The notes below the pieces were generated by a model. It did not search any database, was not told the DNA's origin, and saw only the letters and a program-made list of their open reading frames with translations. This document shows, in pieces, positions 20,318 through 29,057 of a DNA stretch of 64,000 nt. Both the position numbers and the translations under genes were made by a program. The DNA comes from Terracidiphilus sp. GTDB taxonomy: Bacteria > Acidobacteriota > Terriglobia > Terriglobales > Acidobacteriaceae. Location of the stretch: the NCBI GenBank assembly GCA_035315085.1, contig DATFYK010000026.1, positions 1,538 to 65,537 on the forward strand, written 5' to 3'. Numbering within the stretch: position 1 is the first letter of the stretch; each line of letters begins with the position of its first letter.

Positions 20318-21427
20318 TTAGGATTTCCTACCGGCAAAACCGCCCGCCAGGGTTTCCGGGGTTACGGCTTTGTGGCGGACGTAGTTGCAGGGAGGGACGG
20401 TGTAGCCGCGCAGGAGGGCAATGCCGAGTTGGATGAGGCGCGGGCCGTAAGTTTCGGCTTCGTATGAGATGGAGCCGATGAGGGCGCTTTTGCCGGCGCG
20501 CATCTCGTCAATGGCCTCGGGGATGCAGCCCTGGCCGGCGATGGCGAAGTCCCGCTCGCGGCCGTCCTGGCGGGCGGCGTCGAGAACGCCGAGGGCGCTC
20601 AAATCGGTGGCGGCGGCGACCAGGAAGCGCTGGCCCTTGCGCTGGCCGCGGAGAAAATCGGCGACGATCAACTGGCTGGGCTGGCGCATGCCGCGGCCGT
20701 CGAGTTGGACGAAACGGTCGGCGGGTATATCGGCGAGGCGGTCGCGAATGCCGTCGAAGGCGCCAGTGATGCGGCTCTGGACAAAAGTGCCGGCTTCAGG
20801 GAATCCGACGCCCAGGACCCAATTGACTTTGCCCTTCCATTTGCGCAGGACATGCTGGGCGAGGAGGGAACCGGCTTCATAGCCGGCCTCGAAGTTGTCC
20901 ACGCCGAAGTAGGTGGCGTTGGGGTGGGGCGCGTCGATGGCGACAAGCGGGATGCCGGCTTTGCTGAAGACGCGGGCCACGCGCGGGGCCACATGCTCCC
21001 CGACCTGGAACTCGAGCGCCAGATCGACGCGCCTGGCGACAAACTCTTCGGCGTTCTGGATGGCGATGCCGGGGCCGGAGCGGTTATCGAGGACGAGCAA
21101 TTCGACGCCGGATGCGGCGGCGGCCGCGGTGACGCTCTGGACGACGGCAACTGAGAAGGGCATCTCAGCGCTCTGGGCGGCGAAACCGAAGCGCAGGCGG
21201 CGGGGGCGGGAAACGAGGCGGTAGAGGCCGTCCTGCGCCTGGGCGACATAGCCGCGGTGCACCAGAGTCTTGAGGATGCGGTAGACGCTGGTCTTGGAGA
21301 TGCCGGTCTTCCGGTGGATGTCTTCGAGGGCGACGGGAACGTGGCTATTCTCCAGCAGCTCGAGTACGTCGAGGGCCTTGGAGAGAATGGGAATCAGGTA
21401 GAGCCGTTTGATCTTAGTCCTGGGCAA
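20318..21427 (-). CDS. Transcriptional regulator: IclR-type HTH fused to a periplasmic-binding-protein-like sugar-binding domain
   Basis: LSKALDVLELL...GISKTSVYRILKTLVHRGYV HTH; GIPLVAIDAP..YFGVDNFEAG LacI/RbsB-like domain. Confidence 0.85.
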   Translation of the reverse strand: MPRTKIKRLYLIPILSKALDVLELLENSHVPVALEDIHRKTGISKTSVYRILKTLVHRGYVAQAQDGLYRLVSRPRRLRFGFAAQSAEMPFSVAVVQSVTAAAAASGVELLVLDNRSGPGIAIQNAEEFVARRVDLALEFQVGEHVAPRVARVFSKAGIPLVAIDAPHPNATYFGVDNFEAGYEAGSLLAQHVLRKWKGKVNWVLGVGFPEAGTFVQSRITGAFDGIRDRLADIPADRFVQLDGRGMRQPSQLIVADFLRGQRKGQRFLVAAATDLSALGVLDAARQDGRERDFAIAGQGCIPEAIDEMRAGKSALIGSISYEAETYGPRLIQLGIALLRGYTVPPCNYVRHKAVTPETLAGGFAGRKS

Positions 21428-21449
21428 GCGGTCATCTCGCAGCGCGCAA

Positions 21450-21463
21450 TTTCAATAGTGAAA
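21450..21463. promoter_or_regulatory. Candidate IclR-type operator
   Basis: TTTCA-ATAG-TGAAA inverted repeat just upstream of the regulator start. Confidence 0.45.
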
Positions 21464-21785
21464 CTGTACGCGCTCAAGGATAACGTATTTCAAGCGTAGC
21501 TGTTCACGGCCGGCGCCGGGTTGGCTATTCCAATTCAGATTTTGAGAGCGGACCCCCATGAGGTTCGGGTTCCGTGGCCACGCAGGCGGAATTTGCATTA
21601 GCTCGAGGAAATTGCGGCTTCCCGGAGCGGAGGGCCGTCCTATGGAAGTGGAAGCAAAGTGTATCTGCCGCTAGGCGTCGCGAAGGCGATTGCCGGGCGG
21701 GAGCTCGAGCGCAAGTCCGGCACACGCCCAACCAGAACCGCGGCCTGTGCTTTAGAATTAGCGGGTTCGACATTCAGGAGGCAAT

Positions 21786-24392
21786 ATGCAGCACGTAATG
21801 CAAGGGAAGAGGACGCGGCGCGTCTTTCCGGCCCTGTTCTTGTCCTTCACAGTCTTGATGAGCACCGTCCTGTTTGGCGGGGTGGCGAGCCGGGCGCAGA
21901 GCGCGGACGACGAAAAGAAGATCAACGACACGATTTCGAAGCTCACGCTGGAGGAGAAGATTCATCTGCTCTCCGGTTCGAGCATGATGGCCTCGACGGG
22001 GATTGCCCGGCTGGGGATTCCGGCCTTCCGGATGAGCGACGGGCCGATGGGCGCGCACATTCCGCCGCCGTCGACGGCGTACGCGGCCGGGATCGGTCTG
22101 GCTGCGAGCTGGGACCGGGAGCTGGCGGAGCGGGTCGGGACGCAGATCGGGCGGGATGCGCGGTCGCGCGGCGCCAGCTTCCTGCTAGGGCCGGGAGCGA
22201 ACATTTACCGCGCGCCGCTGAACGGCCGCAACTTCGAGTATTTCGGCGAAGACCCGTTTCTGGCCGGGGAGACGGCGGTGGGCTACATCAATGGAGTGCA
22301 GTCGCAGGGCGTGAGCGCCACGATCAAGCACTATGCGGCCAACAATTCGGAGTACTTCCGCTTTACCGAGGACTCGGTGGTGAGCGAGCGGGCGCTCAGG
22401 GAGATTTATCTGCCCGCGTTCGAGGCCGCGGTGCGCAAGGCCCACGTGGGCGCGATCATGGATTCCTACAACCTGTTGAACGGCGAACACTCGACGCAAA
22501 ACTACCACCTGAACGTGGAGATTGCGAAGCAGCAGTGGGGGTTCGACGGGGTGATGATGTCGGACTGGATGGCGACCCACGACGGCGTGGCGGCGGCCAA
22601 CGCCGGGCTGGACCTGGAGATGCCTTTCGGAATTTACATGAACGAAAAGAGCCTGCTGCCGGCAGTGAAGGACGGCAGGGTGAAGGAATCGGCTATCGAC
22701 GACAAGATCCGGCGGCTGCTGCGGGAGGGATACCGGTTTGGATGGATCGGCCACGACCCGCTGGACGAGAGCATTCCGCGCTATAGCCAGCAGGGACGGC
22801 TGGCGGCGCTCCAAAGCGCGCGCGAGGGGATTGTTCTGCTGAAGAACCAAGGCAACCTGCTGCCCCTGGACCCGGCCAAGGTGAAGACCATCGCGGTGAT
22901 CGGGCCGGACGCCTTCCCGGCGATTCCGACGGCCGGCGGCAGCGGACAGGTTCCCGTCTACTCCGAGGTCAGCGCCCTGAAGGGGATCAGCGACCGGCTG
23001 GGCGTGAACGCCAATGTGCTTTATGACCGGGGAGTTCCCAAGCTGTCGGTGCTGGCCATGCGCTCAGGGTTCAGCCAGTTTGCCGACAAGTTTGTGCCGG
23101 GGCTGACGGTAGAGAGCTTCGACAATCCCGGGTTTACCGGCAAGCCGGTGGCCACAAGGACCGAGATGACGGCGAACGGCGGACAGAACATGATGGATAA
23201 CCCGGATTTGGCGGAGTTGATCAACACGATCAGCGCCGACCAGATGATGGGATTCATGAGCGGGGGCGCAGCCCCGCGATTTAACCGCTGGACGGGCTAC
23301 TATATTGCCCGCGCTCCGGGCAACTATGTGGTGTTTGTCGAGAACCAGGGCAAGTACCGGCTGACGATCGACGGGCAGACGGCGATCGACCACGCGGAGA
23401 TTCCGAAGTTTGCCATGGAACAGACGACGCTGCCGTTGACGCCCGGACCGCACAAGGTGGTGCTGGAAGTTCTGGGCGGCGAGCAATTCACCGGTGAAGC
23501 CATCAAGATCGGCATTGCGCAGGAGGGCACGCTGGTGAACCAGTCGGCCATCGAGCTGGCCAAGCGGGCGGATGCGGTGATCGTGGCCGTGGGCTACGAC
23601 GCGGAGATCGAGACCGAGGGCGCGGATCGCCAGTTCCAACTGCCTCCGGGCCAGGAGGAGCTGATTGAGAAGATCGCGGCGGCGAATCCGAAGACCATTG
23701 TGACGGTGACTTCGGGCGGGAGCGTGGACGCTTCGCGGTGGATCGACCAGGTGGCCGCGCTGCTGGAGAACTGGTATCCGGGCGAGGAGGGCGGAACGGC
23801 GCTGGCTGAGGTGCTGTTTGGCGACGTGAACCCCTCGGGACGGCTGCCCATCAGCTGGGAACGGAGCCTAAAGGACAATCCGTCGTACGCATACTACTAC
23901 CCCACGCCGGGGACGCTGACGATTCCGTACAAGGACGATGTGTTTGTGGGCTACCGGGGCTACGAACACAACGGAGTGAAGCCGCTGTTCCCGTTCGGGT
24001 TCGGGCTGTCGTATACGAGCTTCAAATACTCGGGGCTGAAGATTCACCCGGCCGGCGGGGCGGGGGCTTACGAGGTCAGCTTCGATGTGACCAACACCGG
24101 AACGCGGGCCGGGGCAGACGTGGCCCAGGTGTACGTGAGCGAAGATCACCCCGAGGTTCCGAGGCCGCCGCAGGAGTTGAAGGGCTTTGCGCGGGTGGCG
24201 CTCGGTCCGGGCCAGACGCGCCACGTAACGGTTCCGCTGGATGCGCGGAGCTTCAGTTGGTATGACGAGAAGGCAGCCGCCTGGCACGCCGATGCGGGCA
24301 GCTTCACGGTCCGCGTCAGCCGGTCATCGGCCGATCCGCAACTGGAGGGCAAGGTCAAGCTGGCGCAGGAGATCGTGGCGCCGGTCAAATAG
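21786..24392 (+). CDS. Secreted GH3 beta-glucosidase/xylosidase with PA14 insert and FnIII-like domain
   Basis: SDGPMG, GRNFEYFGEDP, KHYAAN, MSDW nucleophile motif, FVGYRGY, FPFGFGLSYTSF; AGGAGG RBS. Confidence 0.95.
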   Translation: MQHVMQGKRTRRVFPALFLSFTVLMSTVLFGGVASRAQSADDEKKINDTISKLTLEEKIHLLSGSSMMASTGIARLGIPAFRMSDGPMGAHIPPPSTAYAAGIGLAASWDRELAERVGTQIGRDARSRGASFLLGPGANIYRAPLNGRNFEYFGEDPFLAGETAVGYINGVQSQGVSATIKHYAANNSEYFRFTEDSVVSERALREIYLPAFEAAVRKAHVGAIMDSYNLLNGEHSTQNYHLNVEIAKQQWGFDGVMMSDWMATHDGVAAANAGLDLEMPFGIYMNEKSLLPAVKDGRVKESAIDDKIRRLLREGYRFGWIGHDPLDESIPRYSQQGRLAALQSAREGIVLLKNQGNLLPLDPAKVKTIAVIGPDAFPAIPTAGGSGQVPVYSEVSALKGISDRLGVNANVLYDRGVPKLSVLAMRSGFSQFADKFVPGLTVESFDNPGFTGKPVATRTEMTANGGQNMMDNPDLAELINTISADQMMGFMSGGAAPRFNRWTGYYIARAPGNYVVFVENQGKYRLTIDGQTAIDHAEIPKFAMEQTTLPLTPGPHKVVLEVLGGEQFTGEAIKIGIAQEGTLVNQSAIELAKRADAVIVAVGYDAEIETEGADRQFQLPPGQEELIEKIAAANPKTIVTVTSGGSVDASRWIDQVAALLENWYPGEEGGTALAEVLFGDVNPSGRLPISWERSLKDNPSYAYYYPTPGTLTIPYKDDVFVGYRGYEHNGVKPLFPFGFGLSYTSFKYSGLKIHPAGGAGAYEVSFDVTNTGTRAGADVAQVYVSEDHPEVPRPPQELKGFARVALGPGQTRHVTVPLDARSFSWYDEKAAAWHADAGSFTVRVSRSSADPQLEGKVKLAQEIVAPVK

Positions 24393-24405
24393 AGGCTTGA
24401 GACCG

Positions 24406-24440
24406 CCCCACGGACGAATACCTGTCCGTGGGGACCCCGG
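24406..24440. repeat. REP-like palindrome, family A
   Basis: CCCCACGGAC / GTCCGTGGGG perfect 10-bp stem followed by ACCCCGG. Confidence 0.62.
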
Positions 24441-24495
24441 ATTGCCACCCCAGTGGGGGGGGCCGGCGGAGCTTTGGCTTTATTTGGCGCCGTGG

Positions 24496-24523
24496 GTCAA
24501 CCTCCCTGGCTGGTTTACGTCTA
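24496..24523 (+). promoter_or_regulatory. ECF-sigma-type promoter (copy 1)
   Basis: GTCAAC-16 bp-CGTCTA, conserved with identical spacing at 28800-28827. Confidence 0.55.
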
Positions 24524-24863
24524 AAAAGTTAGTCCGCTCCCGGTGTTTCTATCGGCAGACGTTCGATTCTGAGATGACATCCTTTTGATCCGGCTTCCAG
24601 GTTCCTTTTTGCAGTGGTCAGGAAAGCGCAGACAAGCACAGGAGCCGGGATATTCTCCCCTGCGGAGATTTTTCCTCCAGTTCATGGCGGAGGCGATTGG
24701 CGGCCGAACGCGGAACGGGTCAGCCGATTATGATACGTTTGGCAATCAGGCTGAATGTTGTGTGACGGCGTGCGGGCAGCATGCCCGGACATTCTTGATA
24801 GGAACCGCAAATTGTGGTGAGTTCGGGGGTTCTTCCCCGAAGAAAGGGTCCAGGAAAACCAGT

Positions 24864-27800
24864 ATGCGTCCCTTGCGTTCGCTTCCACTCAGTCTATTGG
24901 CCAGTGCGTTGCTATGCGCCTCAGCGGCGTTGGCCCAGCAATTCGCACCGACCGCACGGATCGTCAACCCGATCAACGAGAGCCAACTGACAACGCTCAA
25001 GGGCAACACGCACCCGGCGGCCAATGCCAGGAACGACCGCGGCCCGGTGAGCCCGGACCTCCCCATGACCGACCTGATTTTGGTGCTGAGCCGCAGCCCG
25101 GAGCAGCAGGCGGCGTTCGACAAGTTTGTGGCCAGCCAGTACGAGCCTGGCTCGCCCGACTTTCACCATTGGCTTGAGCCTGAGGAAGTGGGCGCGAACT
25201 TCGGTCCCTCCGAGACCGACATCGCGACCATCTCGAAGTGGCTGACGGGGCATGGTTTTTCGATCGACGAAGTAAGCAAGGATCGCATGACGATCCGCTT
25301 CAGCGGGACGGCGGGGCAGGTGGAGAGCGCGTTCCACACCGAGATTCACAACCTGGAAGTGAAGGGCGCGGCGCATATCGGCAACATGAGCGATCCGCAG
25401 ATTCCTGCCGCTCTCGCGCCGGTGGTGGTAGGCGTGAAGGCGCTGCACAACTTCTTCCCTAAGCCGATGCACAAGCTGGGGAGCAAGGTTCAATTCAACA
25501 GCAAGACGGGGAGATGGGAGCGGATCGCGAGTGACGCATCCACGGGAGCCAAGAGTTCCGCTGCTGCCAGGCCACAGGCCGCTCGCCCGCAGTTCGGCAC
25601 GCAGGACTCCTACGGCGACGTGATCGAAGACGTGGCGCCTTACGACTTTGCCGCAATCTACAACGTGCTTCCGCTATGGAATGCGGCCAATCGCATCGAC
25701 GGAACGGGCCAGACCATCGCCATCGTCGGAACCAGCGACATTCTCCCTGCCGACATAGCCACCTTTCGCAGCGCCTTCGGCCTGCCGGCCGTGAAATCGT
25801 TCACGACCATTGTTGCCAATGGCACAGACCCCGGTCAATGCGGCGTGCATCCGACCACATACTGCACGCTCGGCGACCAGATCGAGAATTCGCTGGACGT
25901 GGAGTGGTCGGGAGCAGTGGCTCCGGGCGCCGACCAGGTACTGGTCGTCTCCGGTTCGAACTCGGCGACAACCGACACGGTCTTTTCGTCGGCAAACTAC
26001 ATCATCCAGAACAAGGCGACCGTGAATGCCTCGATCCTGAACGTCAGCTACGGCGAGTGCGAGTTGGGCATGGGCACCAGCGGCAATGTCGCGTATTACG
26101 ACATGTGGCAGACGGCCGCTGCAGAGGGAATTGCCGCCTTCCTGGCTTCGGGCGACTCGGGCTCGGCCAGCTGCGACCAGGGAGGAGATAACGGCGGTCA
26201 AAACCTGCCCTATGTCGCTGAGCTCGGCCTGTCAGTGAGCGGCTTGGCCTCTAGCCCCTACGACACCGCCGTGGGCGGCACCGACTTCAACTGGTGCCCC
26301 GCGTCAGACATCACCTCGGGCACGGCCTGCAAAGCATCGCCCTATTGGAGCGCCTCGAACAACACGACCACGCAGGCCAATGCCCTGGGCTATGTGCCCG
26401 AGATTCCCTGGAACGACAGTTGCGCAAGCGCAACGGGAATTGCCATTGCGCAGTACTATGCAATAGGACTAAGTAAAAACGGCTACTCGACGCCTACTCC
26501 AAACGATGCCGAGACCTCCTGCAACTTCTATGTCCTGAACTATATTACCATTTATGAGTTATCAGGGTATGACATCTCCGGCTTTGTCGATACAGTAGGC
26601 GGCGGCGGCGGCAAGAGCGGGTGCGTTGTCAATAGCACCACCAGCACAACTACCGGGCCAGTTTCCAGTTGCGTCAGCACCACCACCAGCACTGGCACCG
26701 CCAATGGCTCCATTCCTCTTGTCAATGACGGATGGCCCAAGCCCAGTTGGCAGACTAACGCGAACATCCCCGGCCTTCCCAGCGACGGTGTGCGCGATAT
26801 TCCCGACGTCTCCTTCTTTGCGGCGAACGGGTTCAATGAGAGCTCATACCTGATCTGCGTCTCGGCGGCAGGGGTTTGCACGTACACCGGGGACGCCGAC
26901 ACAAATCCGCTGGACATGCAGGAGGTGGGCGGCACCTCGGTCTCATCCCCGGCCATGGCCGGCGTGATGGCGCTGATCAACCAGAAGATCGGCCTGGCGC
27001 AGGGCAACCCCAACTCCGAACTTTACGCCCTGGCGGCCCAGCAGACCTACTCCAGTTGCAGCGCGGAGAGCGTGACTGCTAGCAGCGCCTGCTACTTCAA
27101 CGATATCGACGAGTACACGAACGACCAGCCATGCAACTACAGCGGCCTCTCTCCCAACTGCGTGGCGAGCGAATCCTTTGAAGGGGTAACGGACGAGGTT
27201 GGGCTTCTATCCAACGGCAGCGCAACGGAAGGCGGCTACAACGCAACCCGCGGCTTTGACATGGCCACCGGCCTGGGATCGCTGAACGTGGCCAACGTGG
27301 TGAATGGCTGGACGTCGTTGATCGGCACTGCGACGGCTAGCGTGACAGTGACGCCGGCGTCATCCAGCCTGCAAGTGAATACCGCCTTGAGCGTGACGGT
27401 GACGGTGGCCAGCGTACCCGCCGGCGGGACAACGCCGACCGGGACGGTTGCGCTGTCGGGCGGCGGCCTCAACCCCATCCTGACGGGGACGCTTTCCAGC
27501 GGCAGCTACACCTTCACGATTCCTGCCTTCAGCCTGAGTGGCGGAACCGACACTCTTACGGCCACCTACAGCGGGGACTCGACTTACGCCCAGGAGAGCG
27601 GGACGGCAAGCGTGACAGTGACCAAGGTGACGGCGACGGTGACGGTGCAGCCGTCCCCGACCACGGTCGGCACGAACACGATCGTCGTTGTGCAGGCCAC
27701 TGTGACTGGGACCGGTCCGACGCCGACCGGGACGGTGCAACTGACGGGCGGCGGCTATACATCGGGGGCGTGCACGCTTGCGAGCGGCGCCTGCACGATC

Positions 27801-28727
27801 AACATTCCAGCCAACAGTCTGAGCAACGGAACCGATACTTTGACCGTTGCCTACAGCGGAGACTCGAACTACAACGCGGCGAGCGGGACGGCGACGGTTA
27901 CAGTGAACATACTGTGGCCGACAGTGACGGTGACGCCGGCGGCGAACAGTGTGGAGTCGGGATCGAGCCTGACCGTGACGGGCACGGTAAGCGGCACGGG
28001 GCCAACGCCGACCGGGACGGTACAACTGACGGGCGGCGGGTACCTCTCGGCGGCAGCGACGCTTTCGAGCGGCAGCTACTCCGTCACCATTCCGGCTAAC
28101 AGCCTGAGCACCGGAAGCGATACGCTGACCGTTTATTACAGCGGAGATATCAACTACGCCACAGGCACGGGAACGGCAAGCGTGACGGTGACGCAATCGA
28201 TATACGCGCTGGCGGCGACCACGCCGGCCGCAATCACTCCCGGAGGGACCGCGACTTCAACCGTCACGGTGAGTTCTTCCACCGGCTATTCGGGAACCGT
28301 CACGCTCAGTTGTGCACTGACCACGTATCCCAACGGGGCGACGGATCTGCCCACCACCTGCTCCGGCGTCAACACGACGCAGTCGGTGGGTGGGAGCGGA
28401 GCAACCTTCACGGTGTATACGACTGCGGCCAGCAGTGAGCTGGTGTGGCCTAAGCTGGGCAACGGCAAGGGCTGGGCTGGAGCGGGCGGCGGCGCGGTTC
28501 TGGCATTCCTGCTGTTCCTGGGGATTCCGGCGCGGCGGCGCAGTTGGCGGTCGATGCTAGGGGTGTTGGCTGTGATGGCCGCGCTGGGCAGCCTGGCCGG
28601 TTGCGGCGGTGGCGGTGGAGGCAATTCTGGGACGACGGCCGGCAGCTACACCTTTACGGTGACCGGAACCGGCACTCCCGCGGTCACGCCGGCACCCACA
28701 ACCACGTTTACGGTGACAGTGAATTAG
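24864..28727 (+). CDS. S53 (sedolisin/kumamolisin) protease with pro-domain, Ig-like repeats and C-terminal TM/lipobox cassette
   Basis: Signal peptide from ATG 24864 (CAGGA RBS); catalytic ENSLD, SGDSG, GGTS; Ca-site GFDMATGLG; YSGD Ig repeats. Confidence 0.92.
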   Translation: MRPLRSLPLSLLASALLCASAALAQQFAPTARIVNPINESQLTTLKGNTHPAANARNDRGPVSPDLPMTDLILVLSRSPEQQAAFDKFVASQYEPGSPDFHHWLEPEEVGANFGPSETDIATISKWLTGHGFSIDEVSKDRMTIRFSGTAGQVESAFHTEIHNLEVKGAAHIGNMSDPQIPAALAPVVVGVKALHNFFPKPMHKLGSKVQFNSKTGRWERIASDASTGAKSSAAARPQAARPQFGTQDSYGDVIEDVAPYDFAAIYNVLPLWNAANRIDGTGQTIAIVGTSDILPADIATFRSAFGLPAVKSFTTIVANGTDPGQCGVHPTTYCTLGDQIENSLDVEWSGAVAPGADQVLVVSGSNSATTDTVFSSANYIIQNKATVNASILNVSYGECELGMGTSGNVAYYDMWQTAAAEGIAAFLASGDSGSASCDQGGDNGGQNLPYVAELGLSVSGLASSPYDTAVGGTDFNWCPASDITSGTACKASPYWSASNNTTTQANALGYVPEIPWNDSCASATGIAIAQYYAIGLSKNGYSTPTPNDAETSCNFYVLNYITIYELSGYDISGFVDTVGGGGGKSGCVVNSTTSTTTGPVSSCVSTTTSTGTANGSIPLVNDGWPKPSWQTNANIPGLPSDGVRDIPDVSFFAANGFNESSYLICVSAAGVCTYTGDADTNPLDMQEVGGTSVSSPAMAGVMALINQKIGLAQGNPNSELYALAAQQTYSSCSAESVTASSACYFNDIDEYTNDQPCNYSGLSPNCVASESFEGVTDEVGLLSNGSATEGGYNATRGFDMATGLGSLNVANVVNGWTSLIGTATASVTVTPASSSLQVNTALSVTVTVASVPAGGTTPTGTVALSGGGLNPILTGTLSSGSYTFTIPAFSLSGGTDTLTATYSGDSTYAQESGTASVTVTKVTATVTVQPSPTTVGTNTIVVVQATVTGTGPTPTGTVQLTGGGYTSGACTLASGACTINIPANSLSNGTDTLTVAYSGDSNYNAASGTATVTVNILWPTVTVTPAANSVESGSSLTVTGTVSGTGPTPTGTVQLTGGGYLSAAATLSSGSYSVTIPANSLSTGSDTLTVYYSGDINYATGTGTASVTVTQSIYALAATTPAAITPGGTATSTVTVSSSTGYSGTVTLSCALTTYPNGATDLPTTCSGVNTTQSVGGSGATFTVYTTAASSELVWPKLGNGKGWAGAGGGAVLAFLLFLGIPARRRSWRSMLGVLAVMAALGSLAGCGGGGGGNSGTTAGSYTFTVTGTGTPAVTPAPTTTFTVTVN

Positions 28728-28746
28728 AGCAATTAAACAAGCGCGG

Positions 28747-28785
28747 CGCGTTGGCCCTTCCCTGGGGAAGGGCCAACGCGTTTTT
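28747..28785 (+). terminator. Intrinsic terminator
   Basis: CGCGTTGGCCCTTCC / GGAAGGGCCAACGCG stem followed by TTTTT. Confidence 0.9.
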
Positions 28786-28799
28786 GGAGGGATTGCGGG

Positions 28800-28827
28800 G
28801 TCAACCTTCCTGGCTGGTTTTCGTCTG
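28800..28827 (+). promoter_or_regulatory. ECF-sigma-type promoter (copy 2)
   Basis: GTCAAC-16 bp-CGTCTG. Confidence 0.55.
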
Positions 28828-29057
28828 AGAAGTTTGTCCCTCCCGGTGTTTCTGTTGCGGGTTTTTTCCTCCAGTTCATGGCGGAGTCGATTGCCGGCCG
28901 GACTCGCAACGGGTCAGCCGATTATGATACCTTTGGCATCCAGGCAAATTGTCAAGCGCCGGCGTGCGGGAAACATGCCAGGACATGCTTGATTGGAACC
29001 GCAACTTTTTCCTCCGCTAGGGGGATTTTTTCCGAAGAAAGGCACAGGAATACCACT

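Noticed and set aside
21525-21773. Short ORFs and a GGTTCG tRNA-like motif between the regulator and GH3
   Set aside because: No cloverleaf can be built, and the ORFs lack coding signatures
24585-24683. ORF-track start of the first S53 gene at 24585
   Set aside because: Lies in the copy-specific indel, has no RBS and is not shared with the paralog
27330-28200. Recurrent ACGCCGACCGGGACGGT repeats considered as a CRISPR or DGR repeat
   Set aside because: They encode TPTGTV of tandem Ig domains; spacing is ~290 bp, and there is no cas or reverse transcriptase gene
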